From Bacteroidales bacterium (lineage in GTDB: Bacteria; Bacteroidota; Bacteroidia; Bacteroidales; WCHB1-69), in the NCBI GenBank assembly GCA_017540505.1, contig JAFYAW010000005.1, forward strand, positions 2,197 to 66,196: a DNA stretch of 64,000 nt, written 5' to 3'. Position 1 is the stretch's first letter. The number at the start of each line of letters is the position of its first letter. Below are positions 43,556 through 53,380 of the stretch, in pieces. The notes under the pieces are model-generated. The model did no database searches. It saw only the letters and a list, made by a program, of their open reading frames with translations, and had not been told where the DNA came from. The translations under genes were made by a program, and so were the position numbers.

Positions 43556-43873
43556 TCAGACCTTGATCTCAACGTCCACGCCGCTCGGTAATTCGAGCTT
43601 CATCAGGGCGTCGATGGTCTTGGAGGTGGTGCCGTAAATGTCCAAGAGTCTCTTGTAGGTGGAGAGCTGGAATTGCTCTCTGGACTTCTTGTTGACAAAG
43701 GTGGAACGGTTCACCGTGAAAATTTTGGTGTGCGTTGGCAATGGAATAGGTCCAACCAATACAACATCCTTGTCGTCCTTGACACCCTTGACCGTCTTCA
43801 CGATCTTCTCGGCTGACTTGTCAACCAGGGTGTGGTCGAATGATTTCAATTTGATTCTAATTCTGTGACTCAC
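43556..43873 (-). CDS. rpsJ: 30S ribosomal protein S10
   Basis: [21 protein letters not shown]...GPIPLPTH...[17 protein letters not shown]. It carries a 4-aa insertion (KDDK region) relative to the Bacteroides sequence as I remember it. Confidence 0.9.
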   Translation of the reverse strand: MSHRIRIKLKSFDHTLVDKSAEKIVKTVKGVKDDKDVVLVGPIPLPTHTKIFTVNRSTFVNKKSREQFQLSTYKRLLDIYGTTSKTIDALMKLELPSGVDVEIKV

Positions 43874-43921
43874 TGTTTTTGTTTTTTAATTATTACGTAA
43901 TATGTTTTTTTCTGTATTTTC

Positions 43922-46015
43922 CTATAAAATAAATCTTCCGACATTCATGATATAGTCCTTGACTTCGGGTGGAACTTCCGCGTATTTCTGGAATTCCATA
44001 CTGAATGTTGCCCGGCCGGATGTGATGGAACGCAAGGTTGTCACGTATCCGAACATCTCGGCCAGAGGCACTTGAGCCGTAATCACCTGGAATCCGACCT
44101 TGGCGTCGATCTGCTCCAACACGGAGCGACGGCGGTTGAGGTCGCCGGTCACGTTGCCGATGTACTCGTCCGGCGTGGTGATCTCCACCTTCATGATGGG
44201 TTCCAAAATGCAGGTGTCGATTTGCTGGAGGGCGTCCCGGAAACCGATCTTGGCGCAGATCTCGAATGCGAGGGCGTCAGAATCGGCGGGGTGCGTCTCC
44301 CCGTCCAAAACGGTCACCGACATGGATTCCACGGGGAATCCGTATTTGCCGTTCGACATGGCGAGCTTGAATCCCTTCTCGGCGCCGGCCAGATACTCTT
44401 TCGGTATGGCCCCGCCTTTCACCTCGCTCTGGAATTTCAGCCCTTTCTCGCTGTAAGGCAGCGGGTCGAGGCGGAAGTCCATGACGGCGAAGGAACCCTT
44501 GCCGGCGGTCTGCCGTTTGTAGGCTGCGTGGTATTGCAGCGGGGAGGCTAATGCCTCCTTGTAGGCCACGCGCGGCTTGCCGTGGTTGCAGTCCACGTTG
44601 AACTCGCGCTTGAGGCGGTCCAGCAGGATGTCCAAATGCAACTCTCCCATACCGCTGATGAGCGTCTGCCCCGACTCCGAATCCTCCCGCACCATGAAGG
44701 TGGGGTCTTCGTCGGAGAGCTTCTCCAAGGCTTGCATCATCTTGTCCTCATCGTCCTTGGTCTTTGGCTCGATGGCGATTTGGATCACCGGTTCGGGGAA
44801 GGTGATGCTTTCCAGAATCACGGGATGCTTCTCGTCGGTGAGGCTGTCGCCGGTGTGGATCTCCTTCATGCCCACGAGGGCCACGATGTTTCCTGCCGAA
44901 ACGCTCTCTAACGGCTGTTGCTTGTTGGAGTGCATTTGGAGGATCTTGGAGACCCGTTCCCGTTTGCCGGTGGAGACGTTGTAGAGCGTCTCGCCGGATT
45001 TGAGCACGCCGGAATAGACTTTGATGAAGGTCAGTTTTCCGACGTACGGGTCGGTGGCGATTTTGAAGGCCAGAGCCGAAAACGGCGCGTTGGCGTCGCA
45101 AGGACGGGTTTCCTCGGCTTCCGTCTTGGGGTTCGTGCCGGTGATAGCAGGCATGTCCAAGGGGGAGGGAAGGTACATCACGATGGCATCCAGCAGCTTC
45201 TGCACTCCTTTGTTCTTGAAGGAGGACCCGCAGAGCACCGGTTCGATGTGATGCTCCAGGGTGGCTTTGCGGATGGTGGATACCAGTTCTTCGATGGTGA
45301 TGCTGTCCGGGTCGTCGAAGTACTTCTCCATCAGGGATTCGTCTTCTTCGGCCAATGCCTCAATCAGCTTTGTGCGGTATTCGGCCACTTCGTCAGCCAT
45401 GTCGGCGGGAATGTCGATTTCCTCGTAGGTGTTGCCCTGGTCCTCTTCATTCCACTGGTACGCCTTCATCTCCAGCAGGTCAACCACCCCGATGAAGGAA
45501 TCCTCCACTCCGATAGGCAGTTGCAGTGGGATGGGGTTGGCGTTGAGCTTCTCACGGATCTGGTCCACTACGGCGTAGAAGTTGGCCCCTGAACGGTCCA
45601 TCTTGTTGACGTAGCAGATGCGGGCGACATGGTACTTGTTGGCCTGCCGCCACACGGTCTCCGATTGCGCTTCCACACCGCCCACGGCGCAGAAAATGGC
45701 TACGGCTCCATCCAATATTCTCAAAGAACGTTCGACTTCAACGGTGAAATCAACATGTCCCGGTGTGTCGATAATGTTGATCTTGAAGTCGTTCGACTGG
45801 TGTTTCCACATCACCGTTGTGGCGGCGCTGGTAATCGTAATCCCTCGTTCCTGTTCCTGCACCATCCAGTCCATGGTGGCAGTTCCCTCATCTACTTCGC
45901 CGATTTTATAGTTCTTTCCGGTGTAGTAGAGGATCCGTTCCGTGGTTGTTGTCTTACCGGCATCGATATGGGCCATAATGCCAATATTCCGGATGTTCAG
46001 CAGATCTTCAGCCAT
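43922..46015 (-). CDS. fusA: Elongation factor G
   Basis: [28 protein letters not shown] and NKMDR G-motifs; 697 aa. Confidence 0.9.
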   Translation of the reverse strand: MAEDLLNIRNIGIMAHIDAGKTTTTERILYYTGKNYKIGEVDEGTATMDWMVQEQERGITITSAATTVMWKHQSNDFKINIIDTPGHVDFTVEVERSLRILDGAVAIFCAVGGVEAQSETVWRQANKYHVARICYVNKMDRSGANFYAVVDQIREKLNANPIPLQLPIGVEDSFIGVVDLLEMKAYQWNEEDQGNTYEEIDIPADMADEVAEYRTKLIEALAEEDESLMEKYFDDPDSITIEELVSTIRKATLEHHIEPVLCGSSFKNKGVQKLLDAIVMYLPSPLDMPAITGTNPKTEAEETRPCDANAPFSALAFKIATDPYVGKLTFIKVYSGVLKSGETLYNVSTGKRERVSKILQMHSNKQQPLESVSAGNIVALVGMKEIHTGDSLTDEKHPVILESITFPEPVIQIAIEPKTKDDEDKMMQALEKLSDEDPTFMVREDSESGQTLISGMGELHLDILLDRLKREFNVDCNHGKPRVAYKEALASPLQYHAAYKRQTAGKGSFAVMDFRLDPLPYSEKGLKFQSEVKGGAIPKEYLAGAEKGFKLAMSNGKYGFPVESMSVTVLDGETHPADSDALAFEICAKIGFRDALQQIDTCILEPIMKVEITTPDEYIGNVTGDLNRRRSVLEQIDAKVGFQVITAQVPLAEMFGYVTTLRSITSGRATFSMEFQKYAEVPPEVKDYIMNVGRFIL

Positions 46016-46065
46016 TGGAATGTCCTCTTTTCAGTCAGAAACTATAGTGAATGTCAGAAGTTTTG

Positions 46066-46533
46066 TTACATGCGCATGTGGGCGAATGCCTTGTTGGCTT
46101 CGGCCATTCTGTGGATTTCCTCTTTCTTCTTGAAAGCGGCACCCTCGCTCTTGTACGCGGCCATGATCTCCTGGGCCAGCTTGTCGGCCATCGTCTGCTC
46201 GTGGCGCTTGCGGGCGAAGGATATTAAGTTTTTCATACCTACAGATTGCTTTCTGCCCGGCTTGATCTCCTCAGGGACGGGGAGGGTGGTACCACCGACG
46301 CGCTTGCTCTTGACCTCAACGCTGGGGGTTACGTTCTCCAGGGCTTTCTTCCAAACCTCGATACCGTTTTCCTTGGTCTTCTCCTCAACGATGTCGATGG
46401 CTTTGTAGAAGATTTCGAAAGCAAGGTTTTTCTTGCCTTTCAACATGATGTTGTTGACGAATTTCGTTACCTGTTCGTCATTGTACTTCGGATCCGGAAG
46501 AATGATCCTTTTTTTTGCGTGTGAATTTCTCAT
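46066..46533 (-). CDS. rpsG: 30S ribosomal protein S7
   Basis: 155 aa. Position between rpsL and fusA, with an S7-like sequence (ILPDPKYND..., [11 protein letters not shown]). Confidence 0.9.
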   Translation of the reverse strand: MRNSHAKKRIILPDPKYNDEQVTKFVNNIMLKGKKNLAFEIFYKAIDIVEEKTKENGIEVWKKALENVTPSVEVKSKRVGGTTLPVPEEIKPGRKQSVGMKNLISFARKRHEQTMADKLAQEIMAAYKSEGAAFKKKEEIHRMAEANKAFAHMRM

Positions 46534-46616
46534 TTTTCTTGTATCTTCAATAATGATTATTTACTCTTGAATCGCCAATCACGGCGTTCAATTTACGATT
46601 TTTGGTTGAAAACAGC

Positions 46617-47000
46617 TTATTTCGCAGCTTTCTTGGGTCTCTTGGCACCGTATTTGGAACGACCTTGGAGACGACCGTCAACACCGGCGGAGTCCAACGC
46701 GCCGCGCACGATGTGATAACGGACACCCGGGAGGTCTTTGACACGACCGCCGCGCACCAGCACGATGCTGTGCTCCTGCAGGTTGTGGCCTTCGCCCGGA
46801 ATGTAGGCGTTCACCTCTTTACCGTTGGTCATTCTTACCCTCGCCACCTTACGCATGGCTGAATTGGGCTTTTTAGGAGTGGTTGTGTAAACCCTCAAGC
46901 AAACTCCGCGACGTTGCGGACAGGCATCCAATGCCCTTGACTTACTCTGTGAAGTAAGCTTTTTTCTTCCTTTTCTTACTAATTGTTGAATTGTAGGCAT
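46617..47000 (-). CDS. rpsL: 30S ribosomal protein S12
   Basis: [12 protein letters not shown]...[30 protein letters not shown]...[17 protein letters not shown]. Confidence 0.95.
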   Translation of the reverse strand: MPTIQQLVRKGRKKLTSQSKSRALDACPQRRGVCLRVYTTTPKKPNSAMRKVARVRMTNGKEVNAYIPGEGHNLQEHSIVLVRGGRVKDLPGVRYHIVRGALDSAGVDGRLQGRSKYGAKRPKKAAK

Positions 47001-47060
47001 ACAATTTAATTTGTTAAACTTTTAATTATTATAGTTTTATACCCCTAATTTTTGGGCTGG

Positions 47061-47068
47061 CAAAAATA
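47061..47068 (-). promoter_or_regulatory. -7 promoter box TATTTTTG for the rpsL operon
   Basis: About 60 nt upstream of the rpsL ATG. Confidence 0.45.
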
Positions 47069-47126
47069 CACTTTTTTCTTTATCGTTCAGTAAGTCAGAG
47101 AATTTTTTTATTCCCGTTCAAAATGG

Positions 47127-47152
47127 CAAAAAAAAACTGCCCGAAGGCAGTC
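47127..47152 (-). terminator. Rho-independent terminator
   Basis: ACTGCC-CGAA-GGCAGT hairpin followed by T9 on the minus strand, 5 nt after the stop at 47157. Confidence 0.7.
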
Positions 47153-47156
47153 TTTT

Positions 47157-47666
47157 TTATCTCCGTTTCTTGCCTGCATTGACAGGGCCTGTGGGTTTCT
47201 CTTCGGCGGCAGCTTTCTTCTTGCTGACCATGTCCTGCTTGTACTTGTTATCGATGTTGAAGTACTCGTGGACGTGTCTCGGAGTGAGTATTCCCTTGAT
47301 TTTCTTGTAGAAACCGGACTCCAGGTTGAGAAGGTTCTTGCGGAGCTCGAACTTCTGGTCGTGGAGATAGGTGAGCTGGCTGTCGGTAAGCCTATCGATC
47401 ACTTCTTTGTTCTGGCCGGAACCGTTCAGTTTGATGCCTTTCTTGGCCAGGTTGTTACGGTAGGTTTCGAAGGCTTTCACCTCGCTGCGCACATACTGTT
47501 CGTAGGCAGTCCAGAAAGTTTTGCTTTCCGTGGCGTTCAGCTTGAGTTTCGCCCGCATGTTGTCCATGCGATCTTTGACAATCTTGTTGGGGTCCTCTTT
47601 CACCTGGGCCTGAAGGGCGCAGAGAAAAGCTGTCATCAGACAGACGAATGCAATCAGTCGTTTCAT
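47157..47666 (-). CDS. Periplasmic helical protein, hypothetical (Spy/CpxP-like flavour)
   Basis: A signal peptide, charged helical repeats and a basic tail. It is the last gene of the ECF sigma module. Confidence 0.4.
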   Translation of the reverse strand: MKRLIAFVCLMTAFLCALQAQVKEDPNKIVKDRMDNMRAKLKLNATESKTFWTAYEQYVRSEVKAFETYRNNLAKKGIKLNGSGQNKEVIDRLTDSQLTYLHDQKFELRKNLLNLESGFYKKIKGILTPRHVHEYFNIDNKYKQDMVSKKKAAAEEKPTGPVNAGKKRR

Positions 47667-47678
47667 ATCGTTTCCTTT

Positions 47679-48002
47679 TTAGTAATTATAATAATCCATT
47701 TGTGCCAATTCGGAGCTGTAGTAGTCCACCATCTGGTCTTCCAACTGGCTGTCGGCGGTGGTGATGGCCGTGTCGGCCACAACTTCTCCCGGAATCCTGT
47801 CGTTGTTCATGTAGCCGATGACGACGGTGCTGCAGATGACCAGCGCCATGACGGCGGCAACGGCAGTGAGCCAGATGTTGCGTCGGCGGGTCTTGTCCTT
47901 GCGTATCACGTTCATCATCTGCCCCGGCAGCTGTTCGAAGTAGCCTTCCGGAATGTTGTAATGCTCCTGTTTGCTTAATTGATCAAGATCTATCATCTCC
48001 AT
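47679..48002 (-). CDS. Putative anti-sigma factor (single-pass membrane protein)
   Basis: 107 aa with one TM segment (IWLTAVAAVMALVICSTVVIGY), immediately downstream of the ECF sigma gene. Confidence 0.45.
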   Translation of the reverse strand: MEMIDLDQLSKQEHYNIPEGYFEQLPGQMMNVIRKDKTRRRNIWLTAVAAVMALVICSTVVIGYMNNDRIPGEVVADTAITTADSQLEDQMVDYYSSELAQMDYYNY

Positions 48003-48039
48003 TTTTTTGAAAAAAACAGATTCGTTGACTATATAAAAA

Positions 48040-48597
48040 CTAAAAGGTTAAATGCTCGGAAATATTTTTTTTGATTTTTTCCGCGGCGAAGTGGTAGGAG
48101 GCCTTGAGGGCGCTCTCGGAGGTGTCGAAAATCTTGGACATTTCGGCGTATGGGGTCTCATCATAGTAGCGCATGGTGAACACGGCGCGCTGCTTGGGCG
48201 GCAGTTTCATGATGGCCTCCTGCAGCAGCTGCTCAATCTCATTCGGGGAGATGAAGTTGGTGTCGGCCTGGCTTACGACAAGGAAATCCATGTAGCTGTC
48301 GTCGGTCAGGTTGAGCAGTTTCTTCTTCTTCTCGATGAAGGAGAGAGCCTCGTTGATGCAGATCTTGGTGATCCACGTCTTCAGGGAGGAGTCGCCGCGG
48401 AATCTGTCGAGGTTGCGCCAGATCTTGATGCACACGTTCTGTGTCACGTCGTTGGCATCCTCGTGCAGCGTCACGATGCGGCGGGCGTTATAGTAGATCA
48501 CCCGCTGGTATTTCTTCAGCAGCATTTCGAATGCCTGCTCGCGGGTCTTGCTGTTCTGGAACAGCGAGAGTATGAATTCGTCGGTTGCTTCGGGCAT
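48040..48597 (-). CDS. ECF-type RNA polymerase sigma-70 family factor
   Basis: Region 2 (DANDVTQNVCIKIWRNLDRFRGDSSLKTWITKICINEA) and region 4 (LPPKQRAVFTMRYYDETPYAEMSKIF). Confidence 0.85.
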   Translation of the reverse strand: MPEATDEFILSLFQNSKTREQAFEMLLKKYQRVIYYNARRIVTLHEDANDVTQNVCIKIWRNLDRFRGDSSLKTWITKICINEALSFIEKKKKLLNLTDDSYMDFLVVSQADTNFISPNEIEQLLQEAIMKLPPKQRAVFTMRYYDETPYAEMSKIFDTSESALKASYHFAAEKIKKNISEHLTF

Positions 48598-48603
48598 GGT
48601 GTG

Positions 48604-49557
48604 TTATTTGCGTGCGATGACTTTCTTGCATGCTTCCACGATGTGCTGCTGGTCCAAGCCGTACAGCTCCATCAGTTCATTGGGGGTACCGCTTTCGCCG
48701 AACTTGTCGTCCACGGCCACCATCTCCACGGGTGCGGGCTGGCGGCGGCAGAGCAGCTGGCAGACGGAATCGCCCAACCCGCCGTTCATGAGATGCTCCT
48801 CGGCGGTGACCACACAGCGGGTCTTGGCCACGGAGGCCAGAATGGCTTCCTCGTCCAACGGCTTGATGGTGGCAATGTCAATGACCTCGGCGGAGATGCC
48901 CTGCTCGGACAGCTCGTAGGCGGCTTGCAGGGCTGGCCATACCAAATGCCCGGTGGCTATGATGGTGACATCGGTGCCCTCCTGCATCGTCAGAGCCTTG
49001 CCGATGATGAAAGGCTGCCCTTCAGGCGTGAAGTTGGGCACGGAAGGACGTCCGAAACGGAGATATACGGGGCCGTTGTACTCGGCGGCGGCAATCGTGG
49101 CCATCTTGGTCTGGTTGTAGTCACAGGGATTGATCACCACCATATTCGGCAGCATTTTCATCAGCCCCAAGTCCTCCATCATCTCGTGGGTGGCTCCGTC
49201 TTCCCCGACGGTGAGGCCGGCATGGGAAGCGCATATTTTGACGTTGAGGTTGGAATAGGCCACCGTCATGCGGATCTGGTCATAGACACGCCCGGTGATG
49301 AACCCGGCGAAGGCACTGGCGAAAGGCACTTTGCCGCTCAAGGCGAGGCCGGCACTGATGCCCACCATGTTCGCCTCGGCAATGCCCACCTGGATGAACC
49401 GGTCGGGAAAAGCCGCTTTGAAATCTCCCATCTTCACACTGCCGGTGACATCGGCCGTGAGGGCGAATACGTTGGCGTTCTGCTTGCCTGCTTCCACCAA
49501 TCCGGCACCAAAGCCGGAACGGGTGTCCTTGAAATCGTTGCACTCTATTTTTTCCAT
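48604..49557 (-). CDS. Transketolase, C-terminal (pyrimidine-binding plus C-terminal domain) subunit
   Basis: FIQVGIAEANMVGISAGLAL... and GEDGATHEMMEDLGLMKMLPNM; 317 aa. No N-terminal subunit gene is adjacent. Confidence 0.8.
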   Translation of the reverse strand: MEKIECNDFKDTRSGFGAGLVEAGKQNANVFALTADVTGSVKMGDFKAAFPDRFIQVGIAEANMVGISAGLALSGKVPFASAFAGFITGRVYDQIRMTVAYSNLNVKICASHAGLTVGEDGATHEMMEDLGLMKMLPNMVVINPCDYNQTKMATIAAAEYNGPVYLRFGRPSVPNFTPEGQPFIIGKALTMQEGTDVTIIATGHLVWPALQAAYELSEQGISAEVIDIATIKPLDEEAILASVAKTRCVVTAEEHLMNGGLGDSVCQLLCRRQPAPVEMVAVDDKFGESGTPNELMELYGLDQQHIVEACKKVIARK

Positions 49558-49582
49558 TATCGTTGTTGGTTTTTGTCAAAAT

Positions 49583-49602
49583 TATTTTTGCGTGCAAAAA
49601 TA
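49583..49602. promoter_or_regulatory. Back-to-back divergent -7 boxes forming a 20-bp palindrome
   Basis: TATTTTTGC-GT-GCAAAAATA gives TAnnTTTG on the plus strand (towards 49674) and on the minus strand (towards 49557). Confidence 0.5.
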
Positions 49603-49673
49603 CGAAATTTGATAATTATGAGTTATCCAAAATAACATTTTCTTATGCGTTTATGTTTTAACGCTCTACAAGC

Positions 49674-52600
49674 ATGCTGAAAATAAGGCTGTGTCGCCTT
49701 TTGATTTTGACAACTTTTACGCTGTCAATCAGTTACGCTTTTTGCCAGTCGGATGGCGAATGGCGTGTGCGACACGTTGTGCCTCAAAGCATGTCGTTCA
49801 AGGCCGACACGCTCTCCATCCGGGCCGAGACGTTCGTTATTCTTGATGTGCCATCCTCCGCCTATCGCCTCGATCCGATAGCCGCTGTGGTCTATCTGCA
49901 GGATTCGGCCCTGTTGGGCAAAACGCTGGTCTATCGCTATCAGACATACGCGCTGGATTTTGCCAAGCCGTACGCTCACAAGTCCCGCGCGCTCATCGAG
50001 TCGCCTACCTATCGCTATCAGCCTGCCGTGGGCCAGCTCCGGACGGTGGCGGACTTGCAACAGGACAACCAACTCCTGAGCAACGGTTCCATCTCACGGG
50101 GCGTTTCCGTCGGAAACCGGCAGGACCTGGTTCTCAACTCCACGCTGAACCTGCAACTCTCCGGACAATTGTCGGAGGATGTGCGGGTGGAGGCCTCCAT
50201 CTCGGACAAGAATATTCCCATCCAGCCGGAAGGGAATACACAATATTTGCAAGATATCAATAATATATTTATAACATTATATATTAAACAATATTTAGAA
50301 ATATCTGCCGGCGATGTGTTGGTTCAGAAACCATCTTCCCAGTTCCTCTATTTGTCGCGAAATCTGTTGGGCATGAAGGCGAAAGGGCTTTTTTCAAAAG
50401 ACAGCGTATTCCGAATGACCAGTCAGTTGGGCGGCGGCGTGACAAAAGGCACATACGCCCGACAGTCGATAGAACCACAGAACGGAGTACAGGGCCCTTA
50501 TCGTTTGTACGGGAAGGCCAATGAAATCAATATAGCCATCGTAGCGGGTTCCGAGCGCGTGTATGTGGATGGCGTGTTGCTGACACGGGGGCAGGATCAC
50601 GATTATGTGATGGATTACAATACGGCGGAAATCACCTTCACACCCGCCATGCTGGTCACGTCCGAGAAGCGTATCGTGGTGGAGTTTGAATATACCGACC
50701 GCCATTACACCCGTTACAGCCTGTTCTCGTACAATTCCATGATGTTAGGGAAACGCCAGCGTTGGACGCTGGACGTGCATTATTTCCGCGAGCAGGATCT
50801 GAAAAACCATCCTGTGCAGCCTGAACTGACCGATGCGGAGAAGCTGTTCCTGTCCCGATTGGACGGAGATACGCCGTATGCCTATTTTGCGCGATGCGAT
50901 TCGGCAGCGTTCTCGCCGGAACAGATTCTCTATGCCCGTCGCGACACGTTGGTGGCGGGACAATATTATCCCGTCTATGTCTATTCCACATCAGAGACGG
51001 AACAGCTTTTTCGCCTCAGCTTCACGTATTTGGGTCCGAATAAAGGGTCGTACCGGCTGCTTCGGAGCACGGCCAACGGACGGGTGTTCGGCTGGGTGGC
51101 TCCCGAGGACGGCGTGCCGCAAGGCGATTACGAGCCGGTGGTCCAACTGGCCACCCCGATGCTGACGCAGATGCTGACCGTGTCGGGGCGGTATGCGTTC
51201 CGTCCGCAGTCGTCGGCCCGTGTCGAACTGGCCCTCTCCCACAAGGATGTCAACACATTCTCCAAACTGGATAATCGTGACAATGTCGGATTCGCTTTCG
51301 ATATGGGCGTCCATCATCAGCAAATGCTGGGTAAGCGTCAGGAGAAAAGTCGGTTGTGGTCCCTGGTGACGGACTTGGACTGGCAGTTCGTACACAAGAA
51401 CTTTCGGGCTGTGGAGCGTTTCCGGGAGGTGGAGTTCGCCCGTCAGTATAATTTGGCAGAAGACCAGTCTTTCACACATTCGGAGCAGATGCTGCATGCC
51501 GAGCTTGCCTTGGCTCACCCGAAGTTTTCCACTACGCATTATCGTGTCAACTGGTTCAACAGGATAGGGGAGCTGAATGCCTTGCGGCAGGAGTTGGTCT
51601 CGGATAATTATCTGAAACACTGGGTGCTCAAAACCAACACCTCATTTCTTTCCACTCGGGATTCCGTGCAGCAAAGTGCGTTCTGGTCTTCCCAAAACCA
51701 GATTGCCTATCGTTTTTCAAAATTGGAGCTTGGTATTCGGAATCTGTTGGAGAACAATATGTTCCGAACAACGGATGCGGGGTTGCTTCGTCCATCCAGT
51801 TATGCTTTTTATGAAACGATGGCCTATTTGAAGAGTGATTCTGCCTCTGTTCAGTATCAGGTTTCGTATAAGAATCGGGAGGAGATGCTTCCTGTGGAAG
51901 ACCGTCTCCGACTTCATACGGACATACATGAGGCGGGGGCTTCCCTTCGAATCGACCGGCTGAAGAACCAGCATATCCTGTTTGCGGCCACTTATCGGAA
52001 CCAGTGTCTGCGGGATTCGACCGACGGGCATGCTTCGGAGCATTATTTCGTCGGAAATGTCGAATATACAGGACGTTTCTGCAAGAATGCCATTGTGTTG
52101 AGCACGTATTACGAGGCGGGTAGTGGCATGGAGTTGAAGAAGGCGTTCACCTTTCTGAAGGTGGCGGCAGGGCAGGGGACGCATATATGGATCGACTACA
52201 ACGGCGACGGTTTGGAGGACATCGGAGAGTTTGAGGTGGCCGTCTTTCAGGACGAGGCGGACTATGTGAAAGTGTGGCTCGCTGGCACGGAGTATGTGAA
52301 CACCTACAACAACCAGTTCACGCAGACAGTGCAGCTGCGACCGGCGGCGGTGTGGCAGCAGGCCGACGGATTCCGTCGCTTCCTGGCCCGTTTCTCCGAT
52401 GTGGCCATGCTCCGTTCGCAACTGAAACACCAAAGGCCGAATTTCAACCCCTTTTATTCGAATCTTGAGGACACCGCTCTGATGGGCAGGCAGTTCACAG
52501 TCACCAATACCGTTTCATTCAACAACAGTGCCTCCAAGTTCGCCTTTGATTTCATTGTGCAGAAGTCCATGAACAAGAACCTCCTCTACTACGGCTATGA

Positions 52601-53129
52601 GCGAAACGGCATCTCATCGCAGCAGGTGGTGCTGAAGAGTGCGCCGAGTGCGGAGTGGTACTTGGAGGCGGGTTACCAGCACGGGGTGACTGTCAACCGC
52701 TCCGATTACCTGACGCAGCGTACGTATGAGATTGTGCGTCATCAGGCGGATGGGAAGGTGCGTTGCCAATACAACAACCGTTATTTTGGAGAGGTGATGT
52801 ATCAGTTTGTAAATCAGCATAATAATCTTGGCGGTGAACATACGCGCTCGCATGAGGCGGGCGGCACCTTCACATACAGGTCGCCGAAATACGGTGCGGC
52901 GGTCGTCACGGTGCGCTATGTGCTCATCCGCGGAGAGGCCGGTACGGGCAATGCGGTCACATACGCCCTGCTCAAAGGATTGGCGGTGGGCCATAATGCG
53001 CTGTGGGGTGTCACCTACCAGGTGCCGGTGTCCGATTTCCTGCAGCTTTCGTTGCAATATGACGGACGTGTTTCGGAAGGGCATCGTACGGTGCATACCG
53101 GCAGTGTGACTGTGAAAGCCCAATTTTAA
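49674..53129 (+). CDS. Large (1151 aa) predicted outer-membrane beta-barrel protein, uncharacterised
   Basis: A signal peptide, alternating beta-strand-like sequence throughout, and a C-terminal ...VTVKAQF (terminal Phe). It sits directly upstream of the porP-gldKLMN operon. Confidence 0.55.
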   Translation: MLKIRLCRLLILTTFTLSISYAFCQSDGEWRVRHVVPQSMSFKADTLSIRAETFVILDVPSSAYRLDPIAAVVYLQDSALLGKTLVYRYQTYALDFAKPYAHKSRALIESPTYRYQPAVGQLRTVADLQQDNQLLSNGSISRGVSVGNRQDLVLNSTLNLQLSGQLSEDVRVEASISDKNIPIQPEGNTQYLQDINNIFITLYIKQYLEISAGDVLVQKPSSQFLYLSRNLLGMKAKGLFSKDSVFRMTSQLGGGVTKGTYARQSIEPQNGVQGPYRLYGKANEINIAIVAGSERVYVDGVLLTRGQDHDYVMDYNTAEITFTPAMLVTSEKRIVVEFEYTDRHYTRYSLFSYNSMMLGKRQRWTLDVHYFREQDLKNHPVQPELTDAEKLFLSRLDGDTPYAYFARCDSAAFSPEQILYARRDTLVAGQYYPVYVYSTSETEQLFRLSFTYLGPNKGSYRLLRSTANGRVFGWVAPEDGVPQGDYEPVVQLATPMLTQMLTVSGRYAFRPQSSARVELALSHKDVNTFSKLDNRDNVGFAFDMGVHHQQMLGKRQEKSRLWSLVTDLDWQFVHKNFRAVERFREVEFARQYNLAEDQSFTHSEQMLHAELALAHPKFSTTHYRVNWFNRIGELNALRQELVSDNYLKHWVLKTNTSFLSTRDSVQQSAFWSSQNQIAYRFSKLELGIRNLLENNMFRTTDAGLLRPSSYAFYETMAYLKSDSASVQYQVSYKNREEMLPVEDRLRLHTDIHEAGASLRIDRLKNQHILFAATYRNQCLRDSTDGHASEHYFVGNVEYTGRFCKNAIVLSTYYEAGSGMELKKAFTFLKVAAGQGTHIWIDYNGDGLEDIGEFEVAVFQDEADYVKVWLAGTEYVNTYNNQFTQTVQLRPAAVWQQADGFRRFLARFSDVAMLRSQLKHQRPNFNPFYSNLEDTALMGRQFTVTNTVSFNNSASKFAFDFIVQKSMNKNLLYYGYERNGISSQQVVLKSAPSAEWYLEAGYQHGVTVNRSDYLTQRTYEIVRHQADGKVRCQYNNRYFGEVMYQFVNQHNNLGGEHTRSHEAGGTFTYRSPKYGAAVVTVRYVLIRGEAGTGNAVTYALLKGLAVGHNALWGVTYQVPVSDFLQLSLQYDGRVSEGHRTVHTGSVTVKAQF

Positions 53130-53220
53130 GTAATTAGCTTATTCACAATATAATACATTATTGTTAGTTTAAATGGTATATTTTTTTGCTGGAAGGGGTG
53201 AAAGCAAAAGAAATTTATAT

Positions 53221-53228
53221 TATCTTTG
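53221..53228 (+). promoter_or_regulatory. -7 promoter box TATCTTTG upstream of porP
   Basis: TAnnTTTG match, about 150 nt upstream of the ATG at 53381. Confidence 0.35.
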
Positions 53229-53380
53229 TCGCTTGAAAAAAAATAATGTCTAATGCGCATTGTAACTTTTTGGTAAAGGAGGGGTATAATGGGAGTTACT
53301 TATAGTAGTAGAATTTTTCGAAAAAAGTTATATATGATTGCAAGACAGGCTGTTATTGTATAACAAAACGAAAAACTAAT

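Noticed and set aside
48052-49635. A 527-aa plus-strand ORF spanning the ECF sigma and transketolase genes
   Set aside because: It lies antisense to two well-supported genes. It is G/H/V/L-rich, has no motifs and crosses their intergenic gap. It is a shadow ORF.
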